DNA of 32,000 nt from assembly GCF_000195975.1 (NCBI RefSeq), contig NC_005070.1, positions 510,001-542,000 of the forward strand, in the 5' to 3' direction. Below the pieces are notes generated by a model that saw only the letters and a list, made by a program, of their open reading frames with translations, was not told the origin of the DNA and did no database searches. The stretch is from Parasynechococcus marenigrum WH 8102 (GTDB lineage: Bacteria > Cyanobacteriota > Cyanobacteriia > PCC-6307 > Cyanobiaceae). Shown here piece by piece: positions 1-9,064 of the stretch. A program made the translations under genes and the position numbers. The stretch's first letter is position 1. Every line of letters starts with the position of its first letter.

Positions 1-118
1 GGAGGGCGTTGTAGATCTTGGGCAGTTTCCCGGCGGGAAATTCCACGTCCAGAACCGGGCCGATCACCTGGCGGATCACGCCCTTGGTGCCAGCGGATGC
101 AGGAGCAGAAGCGACCAT
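1..118 (-). CDS. atpD: ATP synthase F1 beta subunit, 5' end only (the gene continues left of the window)
   Basis: The reverse complement has ATG at 118..116, then [39 protein letters not shown]. This is the conserved N-terminus of F1-beta. It is truncated, so it is absent from the ORF track. Divergent atpD/groES synteny is typical of picocyanobacteria. Confidence 0.85.
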
Positions 119-205
119 AAGAAGGAGGGATGCGGGAACAGGCGCAGCGCGCTCGGGCCCATTCAGAGCGGCGCAACCTTACCACTGCTGAGCCGCACTC
201 CCCCG

Positions 206-221
206 GTTCGGTCAACCGCAC
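206..221 (+). promoter_or_regulatory. K-box-like element upstream of groESL
   Basis: GTTCGG-TCAA-CCGCAC fits the cyanobacterial groE K-box consensus GTTCGG-NNAN-CCNNAC exactly. The consensus is recalled from the literature, not checked. The element lies 38 nt upstream of CIRCE. Confidence 0.5.
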
Positions 222-259
222 AGCCTGGAGCTGGTGAGAGGGGTGGTCGCTTGCATACG

Positions 260-286
260 TTGGCACTCGTCGGCCCCGAGTGCCAG
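260..286 (+). promoter_or_regulatory. CIRCE operator (HrcA binding site) of the groESL operon
   Basis: TTGGCACTC-N9-GAGTGCCAG versus the consensus TTAGCACTC-N9-GAGTGCTAA. The arms are inverted repeats matching 8 of 9. It sits about 50 nt upstream of the groES ATG. Confidence 0.85.
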
Positions 287-336
287 CTCGAGTCGAACCG
301 GCGCTCCGGCGCCCTGTCCCTGCTCCTGCATTTCTC

Positions 337-648
337 ATGGCAGCTGTTTCTCTCAGCGTCTCCACCGTCAAGCCCCTTGGCGACCGCGTGTTCATCAAGG
401 TCTCCGAATCCGAGGAGAAAACCGCCGGTGGCATCCTTCTGCCCGATACCGCCAAGGAAAAGCCCCAGGTGGGTGAAGTGGTCCAGGTGGGCCCCGGTAA
501 GCGCAACGACGACGGCAGCCGTCAGGCTCCTGAAGTCGGCGTTGGCGACAAGGTTCTGTACAGCAAGTACGCCGGCACCGACATCAAGCTGGGCGGTGAC
601 GAGTTCGTCCTGCTCACCGAAAAGGACATCCTGGCCATCGTCAACTGA
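337..648 (+). CDS. groES: co-chaperonin GroES (10 kDa)
   Basis: [22 protein letters not shown]...[19 protein letters not shown] is the classic GroES sequence. ATG at 337 is preferred over the ORF-track start at 280, which would lie inside CIRCE. Confidence 0.95.
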   Translation: MAAVSLSVSTVKPLGDRVFIKVSESEEKTAGGILLPDTAKEKPQVGEVVQVGPGKRNDDGSRQAPEVGVGDKVLYSKYAGTDIKLGGDEFVLLTEKDILAIVN

Positions 649-693
649 GACGGGACCCAGACCTCAGCGTTTTTGAACACCTCTCTTACTTAG

Positions 694-2340
<1,647 letters not shown>

Positions 2341-2368
2341 TCCTGGTTGATCAACCTGGAGAGCATTG

Positions 2369-2394
2369 ACCCCCGCTAAGGCGGGGGTTTTTTT
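2369..2394 (+). terminator. rho-independent terminator of groESL
   Basis: Stem CCCCCGC / GCGGGGG with loop TAAG, followed by a run of 7 T. Confidence 0.85.
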
Positions 2395-2409
2395 ATTGGT
2401 GATGCTGTA

Positions 2410-2439
2410 TTGACCCAATCGTGATCAATCGACTAGGTT
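2410..2439 (+). promoter_or_regulatory. candidate sigma70-type promoter for the islet methyltransferase
   Basis: TTGACC (2410..2415), an 18-nt spacer, then TAGGTT (2434..2439). This is about 15 nt upstream of the TTG start. Motif match only. Confidence 0.25.
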
Positions 2440-2454
2440 GAATTAGTTTTAAGT

Positions 2455-3234
2455 TTGATTTTGGATTGGTCAATCCGGCGTTTAAAGTTAATTCAGCAAA
2501 TTATCAACGCCAAGCGTTACTTGGAAATTGGTGTTCAGGCGGGTACAACATTTCGTTCACTGAAACTGGATCATATGGATGGAGTTGATCCTCGTTTTTT
2601 ATTTGATGTCAACCAGGTTGTTGGTGAAGGTCGACATTTGCATGAGATGACGAGTGACCAGTTTTTTTTGAAAAATTTAGGCGTTGAAAAGTATGACCTT
2701 GTCTTCATTGATGGTCTTCATACCTATGATCAAACTTATCGGGACTTTTGTAACGTTTCTCTGAGGCTTCACTCCCGGTCCGTTGTTGTGGTTGACGACG
2801 TTCTCCCGTGTGATCAGCATTCGGCTTTGCGTACTCAAGATGAATGTATTGCCTCACGAACAGCCGACGCGAACTTCGATGGAAAAAATCTTCGCGCTTG
2901 GCATGGAGATGTTTTTCGCCTATTGGTTTTTCTGAATCTTTTTCATACATCACTGTGCTACGCAACGGTTCCAGGGGACGAGGGTGTGCAAACTGTTATT
3001 TGGTCCAGGGCTCTTGAGGTTGAAGCGCGTATGCGTCAACAACAAGAGCCTTGGACGCATCCACCCTTTTCTGTGTTTGATAGGCCACAGCTTTTGCTAA
3101 AAAAAATGTGGAATTTGAAGTCTGTTGACTACGGTTGGATCATGAAACACAAGAAGCTTTATAACTTTTGCTCTGAATCAATATTGCTTGACTACTTTAA
3201 TGTGCTCTTCGCTGATGCTCAGTCACGGAATTAA
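2455..3234 (+). CDS. class I SAM-dependent methyltransferase (Methyltransf_24-like)
   Basis: RYLEIGVQAGTTF (glycine-rich SAM loop) and YDLVFIDGLHTYDQTYRD are typical of the O-methyltransferase-like fold. It starts at TTG, the first possible start after an in-frame TAG at 2434. Codons are AT-rich. Confidence 0.7.
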   Translation: MILDWSIRRLKLIQQIINAKRYLEIGVQAGTTFRSLKLDHMDGVDPRFLFDVNQVVGEGRHLHEMTSDQFFLKNLGVEKYDLVFIDGLHTYDQTYRDFCNVSLRLHSRSVVVVDDVLPCDQHSALRTQDECIASRTADANFDGKNLRAWHGDVFRLLVFLNLFHTSLCYATVPGDEGVQTVIWSRALEVEARMRQQQEPWTHPPFSVFDRPQLLLKKMWNLKSVDYGWIMKHKKLYNFCSESILLDYFNVLFADAQSRN

Positions 3235-3269
3235 TCTTTGCCTTTCCACGGTAATTGCCGCTCAACCAA

Positions 3270-4262
3270 ATGAGTACTGGGTCAATTTTTATGGCTATTA
3301 AGGGAATCAATGTCTGCATTTATGGATTGAACCGTTCCCTTGGTGTAACAGTTCATTCGATTAAGGAAAAGATTCTGCAGCCTGTCGCGTCGATTGCTGA
3401 TGAAGTTCATTTTTATGCAGCGTTTAATGTGACTGTTTCTGGAGAGTTCTCCAGTCAGAGAAGCGGGGAGAGGTCTTCGAGCATTGGTAATGATCAGAAG
3501 GATTTGTTGCCTAACTTCGGGATCCAGCTTGTTGATCAAGATGATTTCGATGCTGGATTTGATTTGGATGGGGTTTTGGCCTATGGAGACCATTATCAAG
3601 ATAATGGAGGCAGCATACTTAATATGATGCGGGCACTTAATGCTTTGCAGAAGTGTTATAATGCAATTCCTCTATATGCCCGCGATTCGTTTCCAACTAT
3701 CTTTTTGCGGCCTGATTTGGATATTATTGATGATATTGATCTTGATTTCCTGCTTTCTCTTGCCACAGGCTCTTCTGTTATTGTGCCTGGATGGCAATTT
3801 TTTGGTGGTGTAAATGATCGCTTTGCGATTGCGGCCCCGGGAAAGCCTTCAACTATTTATGCCAACCGCCTCGGTAAGGTTTTTCAATATTTGTCGCTCA
3901 CTGGCAGATCTTTTCATTCTGAAAATTATCTTTTTGACGTTTTGAGCTTGCAAAATCTTCGGATTTTGCCTGTTGTTCAAACACGTTTCGTGAGAGTCCG
4001 GGCAGGACAATCATTCCATCCAGAGACAATTCAGCAGGAGCACCTTCAGCCAACTGCTTCGGCTTTGTCTTGGAGTTTTTTGACAAATCAATTGATGACG
4101 ATGCACCGGCGCTTGCGAGAAGCGGGAGAGCGGATTGGTGCTTTGAAAGAAGATCAGGCAGGTCTTGAACAGAAAGTCGAAAGCTTAGAAGGATCGTTGC
4201 AGGAGTTCAAGCGAAAAGTGAAGAGGCTTAGGATTAAGCTTAGAAATCTCAAAAGTTGTTGA
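3270..4262 (+). CDS. hypothetical protein with a C-terminal coiled coil; the N-terminal domain may be glycosyltransferase-like
   Basis: Long ORF in the low-GC islet. The start is ambiguous: TTG 3255, ATG 3270 or ATG 3291. The C-terminal ~60 aa are heptad-like (LREAGERIGALKEDQAGLEQKVESLEGSLQEFKRKVKRLRIKLRNLK). The motifs FLRPDLDI and GGVNDRFAIA resemble sugar-transferase-like families, but I cannot assign a family. Confidence 0.6.
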   Translation: MSTGSIFMAIKGINVCIYGLNRSLGVTVHSIKEKILQPVASIADEVHFYAAFNVTVSGEFSSQRSGERSSSIGNDQKDLLPNFGIQLVDQDDFDAGFDLDGVLAYGDHYQDNGGSILNMMRALNALQKCYNAIPLYARDSFPTIFLRPDLDIIDDIDLDFLLSLATGSSVIVPGWQFFGGVNDRFAIAAPGKPSTIYANRLGKVFQYLSLTGRSFHSENYLFDVLSLQNLRILPVVQTRFVRVRAGQSFHPETIQQEHLQPTASALSWSFLTNQLMTMHRRLREAGERIGALKEDQAGLEQKVESLEGSLQEFKRKVKRLRIKLRNLKSC

Positions 4263-4273
4263 TCTGATCTTCC

Positions 4274-5290
4274 TTAAGCGTATTTTGTGCCTGCAAATAT
4301 TTTTTTGTGATCATTTCTTAGATGCGGCTGGTCTCTCAGTAAATCCGCTAAAAAATTTGTTGACTCTTTGAGAAAATTTCTTGCTATATGCATCTCCTCT
4401 GTTAGCCTGTTTTCTTGGATGAAGTTTTCGAATCCAATCTTGTATTGATCAATTCTTGTTTTGCTTGGGTGCCAGTGAATTGGCTTTTGAGGGTAAAAAG
4501 GATAAGGGCTCATGCCCCACCTGTTGACCTTGAGAGGTCTTTGGTCATTGTTGTGGCCCCTGCCTCTGCAAAGAGATGCAAGATATTCTTCCTCTGATTT
4601 GTAGATGCAATGTAGAACAAACCAGGGTTCTGTGCTCTCGGCAGAGAGAGCGTTCAGCTGATGCTTCGTAAGCTTGCTTCGCCTGGATTGCGTGTTGATG
4701 TTGTCATCAAGTCGAATGATGGTGCCCCCTAAGAGATTGATCACTCTTTCCTCTTTTTTATAGATAAAGTTGTGGTGGCTGCATGAGTGAACTTTCCTGC
4801 TTAATTTAGATATGGTTTTCACATGATCCATGCGGTAGATCGTATTTTCTGATTGCAGGGGATGTGAAAAACTTTTTTTAGATGAGTAATCATCGGAGTA
4901 CCACAGAAAAGATAGGCAGTCCGGTGAACTTTGCCTTTCTAGTAAGCTTTGTAGGCTTTCGTTCATGCTCTTGCATATAAGGTACTCGTCCAGATCCAGT
5001 GCCATTAAATGGGTGGAGTTGCTGGAATGATGCAGTGAGTTGTTGTAAGCAGAGATTTGGAACGATCTGTTCTCTTTGATCGAGTCAAGCCGAAGTTTAT
5101 CAGCCAAGTGAAATGTTATGTTTGAATAGTTTTTTTGAATTTTCTCGCAGATGGCGACACTGTTATCTGTCGTATCATTGATATAAATCTCGATTTCATC
5201 AAAGCCTATCAAAAAATGATGATAGATCCACTGAGGTAGGTAGGCGGCCTCATTCTTGGCAATGGCAATTAGCTTTGTATTGGTTTTCAT
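4274..5290 (-). CDS. glycosyltransferase family 2-like protein (Glyco_tranf_2_4-like)
   Basis: The N-terminus LIAIAKNEAAYLPQWIYHHFLIGFDEIEIYINDTTDNS and the later ALDLDEYL (DxD-like) are the typical pattern of this GT2 subgroup. Codons are AT-rich. Confidence 0.7.
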   Translation of the reverse strand: MKTNTKLIAIAKNEAAYLPQWIYHHFLIGFDEIEIYINDTTDNSVAICEKIQKNYSNITFHLADKLRLDSIKENRSFQISAYNNSLHHSSNSTHLMALDLDEYLICKSMNESLQSLLERQSSPDCLSFLWYSDDYSSKKSFSHPLQSENTIYRMDHVKTISKLSRKVHSCSHHNFIYKKEERVINLLGGTIIRLDDNINTQSRRSKLTKHQLNALSAESTEPWFVLHCIYKSEEEYLASLCRGRGHNNDQRPLKVNRWGMSPYPFYPQKPIHWHPSKTRIDQYKIGFENFIQENRLTEEMHIARNFLKESTNFLADLLRDQPHLRNDHKKIFAGTKYA

Positions 5291-5383
5291 GGATTTATCA
5301 AATGTGTTCCGGCTTGTTCGAAAACATTATTTGAGCTCGGAAATTGGTTTATTCGGTATCTTGTTGACCCTCCTTTAAGGCTC

Positions 5384-5614
5384 TTAACCCAGCCACCCAG
5401 CGCTGAGGATCACAGCCAAGCTCAGAAAGATGGCCAGGCAGGTCCAGGTGACGCGGTTCAGGGTCGCTTCGGCGCTGCTGGCACTGCTGAACATCGAGCT
5501 TCCGCTGGCAGCCAGGCCGCCCATGCCATCACCCTTGGGGCTATGGAGCAGCACCAGAACGATCAGTAGGAGACCGCTGCCGATCCAGGTCCAGGACAGG
5601 ATGGACGTGAGCAT
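5384..5614 (-). CDS. secG: preprotein translocase subunit SecG
   Basis: 76 aa with two TM segments flanking LLHSPKGDGMGGLAASGSSMF, the SecG signature. Its ATG overlaps the gpmI stop (TGATG). Confidence 0.9.
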   Translation of the reverse strand: MLTSILSWTWIGSGLLLIVLVLLHSPKGDGMGGLAASGSSMFSSASSAEATLNRVTWTCLAIFLSLAVILSAGWLG

Positions 5615-7290
5615 CAGACGGGAAGGGGTAAGCGGGCGGATAAAGGCGACGGATCGACATTCGATACCGGCTCGATCAGGCTACGGCCCGTCATCGCCGC
5701 CGGTTGCTCAAGGTTGAGGATCTGCAGCAGGGTCGGTGCAATGTCAGCCAAACCACCGTCCTCTCGCAGGCTGATGTCGTTGCCATGGCCCGGCAGCTTG
5801 CGTTGTTCACCCTCCACCAGGATGCAGGGCACAGGATTGGTGGTGTGGGCCGTCCAGGCCTGACCATCGGGGCCTTGCATCAGTTCGGCGTTGCCGTGGT
5901 CCGCGGTGATCAGCATGGTGCCGCCTCGGCGACCGACGGCGTCCAGCAACCGTCCGATGCAGCGATCGACGGTGGCAATGGCTTCGGTGGCCGCGTCCAT
6001 CACGCCGGTGTGCCCCACCATGTCGGGGTTGGCGTAGTTGATCACGATCAGGCTGTACGTGCCCTGGTCAATCGCATCGATGCAGCTGTCCGTGAGCTGG
6101 TCCGCCGACATGGCGGGTGAGAGGTCGTAAGTGGCCACCCGCGGTGAGGGCACCAGGTGACGCTCCTCCCCAGGCAACGGTTGCTCGATGCCACCGTTCA
6201 TGAAGTAGGTGACGTGGGGGTACTTCTCGGTTTCCGCCGTGCGGTACTGACGCAATCCGGCTTCGGCCACCACCTGACCCAGCAGGTCGTCCAGCGGTTC
6301 CGGTGGGAACGCCACCGACACCGGCAGGTCCTGTTCCACCTGGGTGAAGGTGACCACATCCAGCTTGGGAGTGGTCCGGCGCTCAAAGCCGTCGAAATCG
6401 TCCAGGCAAAGGGTCTGCACGATCTGGCGAGCCCGATCGGGACGGAAGTTGAACACCAGCACACTGTCGCCGTCCTGCATCACGTCATCGCTGAGGCGCA
6501 CGGGCTTCAGGAATTCATCGGTGATGCCAGCGGCATAGCTCTCGGCCAACAGTTGCTGCGGGCTCTGGTCGCTGATGGAGCGTGTGGGGTCGGTGTAGAG
6601 GTCGTAGGCCTTTTCTGTGCGATCCCAGCGCTTGTCGCGATCCATCGCCCAGTAACGGCCGCAGAGGCTGGCCAGATGACCGACGCCAGCTTCCTCCATT
6701 GCCCTTTGCACCAGGGTGATGGAACCCATCGCGCTCTGGGTGGGCGTGTCCCGGCCATCGGTGATGGCATGAACAGCCACTTTTTTGATGCCGGCCGCCG
6801 CTGCCCAGTGGATCAGTCCGCAGAGATGGTTGACGTGGCTGTGAACGCCGCCATCGGAGCAGAGTCCCAGAAGGTGGAGGGTGCCAGTGTCGTTCTGTAG
6901 ATGCTCCGCCAGCTCCACTAGCGCGGGGGTGTTATTCAACTGGTCGTCACGCACCGTGTCGCTGATCCGCACCAATTCCTGGCGGATGATCCGACCGGCA
7001 CCGATGGTGAGGTGGCCCACCTCGGAGTTGCCCATCTGATGATCCGGCAGCCCCACATGGGAACCACTGGCCTGAATCAGGGCATGGGGATAGGCATGCC
7101 ACAACGCTTCCATCACCGGCGTGTCGCCCTGGCGGATGGCGTTGTGTTCGCTGTCGTTGCGGTGTCCCCAGCCATCCAGAATGGTGAGAACGACTGGGGC
7201 TACACCCACGTCACGTCCTGAACCCTTGCCACTGCTCTGGTCCACGTACCCCCCGCGCTCGTCGGTTCTTAAGGACTTTTGCAGATTCAA
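5614..7290 (-). CDS. gpmI: 2,3-bisphosphoglycerate-independent phosphoglycerate mutase
   Basis: [27 protein letters not shown] and ITADHGNAE motifs. The ORF-track start at 7290 is TTG. An in-frame GTG at 7209 (VGVAPVVL) is an equally plausible true start. Confidence 0.93.
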   Translation of the reverse strand: MNLQKSLRTDERGGYVDQSSGKGSGRDVGVAPVVLTILDGWGHRNDSEHNAIRQGDTPVMEALWHAYPHALIQASGSHVGLPDHQMGNSEVGHLTIGAGRIIRQELVRISDTVRDDQLNNTPALVELAEHLQNDTGTLHLLGLCSDGGVHSHVNHLCGLIHWAAAAGIKKVAVHAITDGRDTPTQSAMGSITLVQRAMEEAGVGHLASLCGRYWAMDRDKRWDRTEKAYDLYTDPTRSISDQSPQQLLAESYAAGITDEFLKPVRLSDDVMQDGDSVLVFNFRPDRARQIVQTLCLDDFDGFERRTTPKLDVVTFTQVEQDLPVSVAFPPEPLDDLLGQVVAEAGLRQYRTAETEKYPHVTYFMNGGIEQPLPGEERHLVPSPRVATYDLSPAMSADQLTDSCIDAIDQGTYSLIVINYANPDMVGHTGVMDAATEAIATVDRCIGRLLDAVGRRGGTMLITADHGNAELMQGPDGQAWTAHTTNPVPCILVEGEQRKLPGHGNDISLREDGGLADIAPTLLQILNLEQPAAMTGRSLIEPVSNVDPSPLSARLPLPV

Positions 7291-7351
7291 CCTAACGCTC
7301 CATGGGGCGCCAGGCTCGTCTTTCCAGAGATCACCACACCGTCACCGCTTC

Positions 7352-7912
7352 ATGACAGAACCGCCGGACACCGATCGGGTTGAGATTCTTTCGGAACGGG
7401 AACTGGGCCGGACCCTGGCCCGCCTGGCCACCCAGGTGCTGGAAACCGTGGATGACAGCCGCACCCTGATGCTTCTGGGCATCCCCACCCGCGGGGTTCA
7501 GTTGTCCAAGGTGCTGGCCCGAGAGCTGGAGCGGCTCAGCGGCCATGCCATTGCCCAAGGCGCCATCGATCCCACCTTTCACCGGGATGATCTGGAGCGG
7601 ATCGGCACACGCTTACCCCAGATCACCACCCTGCCTAACAGCGTTGAAGGCCGCCAGGTGGTGCTGGTGGACGATGTGATCTTCACCGGACGAACGGTGC
7701 GGGCCGCCCTTGAAGCGTTACAGAGCTGGGGACGCGCTCAGCGGGTGATGCTGCTGGCAATGGTGGATCGCGGCCATCGGGAGCTGCCGATTCAGCCGGA
7801 TTTCTGTGGCCGCGTGGTGCCAACCCGCCGCAGTGAAACGATCGAACTGCGCTTGCGGGATGTGGACGGGGAGGAAGGGGTCTTCTTGAGGCGGATCACC
7901 CGGCCGTCGTGA
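7352..7912 (+). CDS. pyrR: bifunctional pyrimidine operon regulator / uracil phosphoribosyltransferase PyrR
   Basis: Starts at ATG 7352 (MTEPPDTDRVEILSERELGRTLARLA...). Has the PRPP-binding motif VVLVDDVIFTGRTVRAA. The upstream part of the ORF-track ORF overlaps gpmI and is not coding. Confidence 0.9.
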   Translation: MTEPPDTDRVEILSERELGRTLARLATQVLETVDDSRTLMLLGIPTRGVQLSKVLARELERLSGHAIAQGAIDPTFHRDDLERIGTRLPQITTLPNSVEGRQVVLVDDVIFTGRTVRAALEALQSWGRAQRVMLLAMVDRGHRELPIQPDFCGRVVPTRRSETIELRLRDVDGEEGVFLRRITRPS

Positions 7913-8117
7913 GTTCGTCGGCGCGGAAATGCGCCTTGTAGCGACCGAAGGCCACGATCACCGGCAGGGTGGGACTGATCACACGACCCTTCCAGTCGTT
8001 CAGAACGGACACCACCTCTCCGCTCTGACCCTTCATGTCAAACGCTTCACCCCGATGCTGGGGATGGTTGAAGACCACAACGGAGGCCTCCACCGTCACT
8101 TTGTCTCCCGCCTGCAT
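7896..8117 (-). CDS. ftrV: ferredoxin-thioredoxin reductase variable subunit
   Basis: 73 aa: GDKVTVEASVVVFNHPQHRGEAFDMKGQSGEVVSVLNDWKGRVISPTLPVIVAF...KAHFRADEL. This closely parallels cyanobacterial FtrV. Confidence 0.85.
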   Translation of the reverse strand: MQAGDKVTVEASVVVFNHPQHRGEAFDMKGQSGEVVSVLNDWKGRVISPTLPVIVAFGRYKAHFRADELTTAG

Positions 8118-8147
8118 GAACCCTGACTCCGTCGTGAAGGCATTTTG

Positions 8148-8993
8148 TCACGCCCCTGTCGGGTCCCGCCGGCGGCAGAAACTCTCCGGACCGTCTTCTT
8201 CCACCTGCCCACCCAAGGTGCGACAGCCGACTTCAAAGGCCTGCCATGGCTCCAGCCCCAGGTCGAGCTGCTGTTGAACGGCCCGGTTCAGTTCGGAGCC
8301 GCTGATCACATCCGAGCGGGCGTCCCCGTGCTGGTGGTGCTCCTGGCTGTCCCCGATGCGGGCGATCGCCTGTTCAACCATGCGGCGCTGGGGCTGCGTC
8401 TGAGCCTGCCACCAGGGGTGGTCGAGGCGGTTGTGGCTGTCGAGGGCTTCCCACCAGCGTTCTTGCTGGACCAGTTGATCCAGCCGCTCGGCCTCGAGGC
8501 GGTTGCGGTTCCAGGTTTCCCGAAGGCTGTCACTGAAGCGGTTGCTGCTGGAGCTGGGTGCGCGGTCCAGCGGTTGCAGCAGCGTGATGGCTGTCTCGAG
8601 TTCACCGGCTCGAAAGCGCTGCATCGCCAGCTCCCGCAGCTCCCGTCGCCAAACCTGCAGCTGCTCCAGATCCTTGGCGTCAGCTCGGCGGGATTGCACC
8701 AACTGTCGCTGCAGCACCAGAGCAGAAGCCTGATCACCGTTGTTCCAGAACTGGGCAGCCCGCTGGCGCCGGCAATGGGCCTGCTCCTGCGGTGCGCCCT
8801 CCCCTAGCCAGCGCAGGGCGGCCATTTGCTCGGTGACCTCGAGGCATTGGCTCCAGTCCTCGCTGTTGATCGCATGCCGCAATTGGCGCGGCAGCTGCCT
8901 CTCCCACCAGAGGGCAACGGCGGCAACTCCCAGCACCAGCGTGAGCGTCCCCACGACCCACAGCTGCAGCAGCATCGGGCGGCGTGGCGCCAC
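8148..8993 (-). CDS. hypothetical membrane-anchored protein with a W/Q/R-rich helical region
   Basis: High GC3 in this frame. The N-terminal TM segment is LLQLWVVGTLTLVLGVAAVALWW. WW-containing helical segments recur (LWWERQ, ERWWEAL, HPWWQAQ). Start is GTG 8993 or ATG 8975. The opposite-strand ORF 8145..8807 has a wrong-frame composition. Confidence 0.7.
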   Translation of the reverse strand: MAPRRPMLLQLWVVGTLTLVLGVAAVALWWERQLPRQLRHAINSEDWSQCLEVTEQMAALRWLGEGAPQEQAHCRRQRAAQFWNNGDQASALVLQRQLVQSRRADAKDLEQLQVWRRELRELAMQRFRAGELETAITLLQPLDRAPSSSSNRFSDSLRETWNRNRLEAERLDQLVQQERWWEALDSHNRLDHPWWQAQTQPQRRMVEQAIARIGDSQEHHQHGDARSDVISGSELNRAVQQQLDLGLEPWQAFEVGCRTLGGQVEEDGPESFCRRRDPTGA

Positions 8994-9064
8994 TAAACAA
9001 ACCGTTTCTTGTCGTTGTTGTATGGAGTTCGCTGGCGAGAGGGAGGCTGTGGTGGACGGCCTGG

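Larger units (their letters stand above)
2398..5383. other. low-GC genomic islet with three accessory ORFs and no mobility genes
   Basis: Hand counts of sample 60-nt lines give about 42% G+C inside, versus about 63% in flanking groEL. The transition is sharp, right after the groEL terminator and just before the secG stop. Confidence 0.8.

Noticed and set aside
130-237. A 35-codon ORF preceded by a strong Shine-Dalgarno-like AAGGAGG in the atpD-groES divergent region.
   Set aside because: Only 1 nt separates GGAGG from the ATG, which is too close for initiation. The peptide ([16 protein letters not shown]...) is Arg-rich wrong-frame-like sequence and runs through the K-box.
8145-8807. 220-aa plus-strand ORF opposite the membrane-anchored hypothetical gene.
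   Set aside because: The minus-strand frame has high GC3, a clear N-terminal TM helix and protein-like composition. The plus-strand product is Leu/Pro/Ala/Gly-rich wrong-frame sequence.
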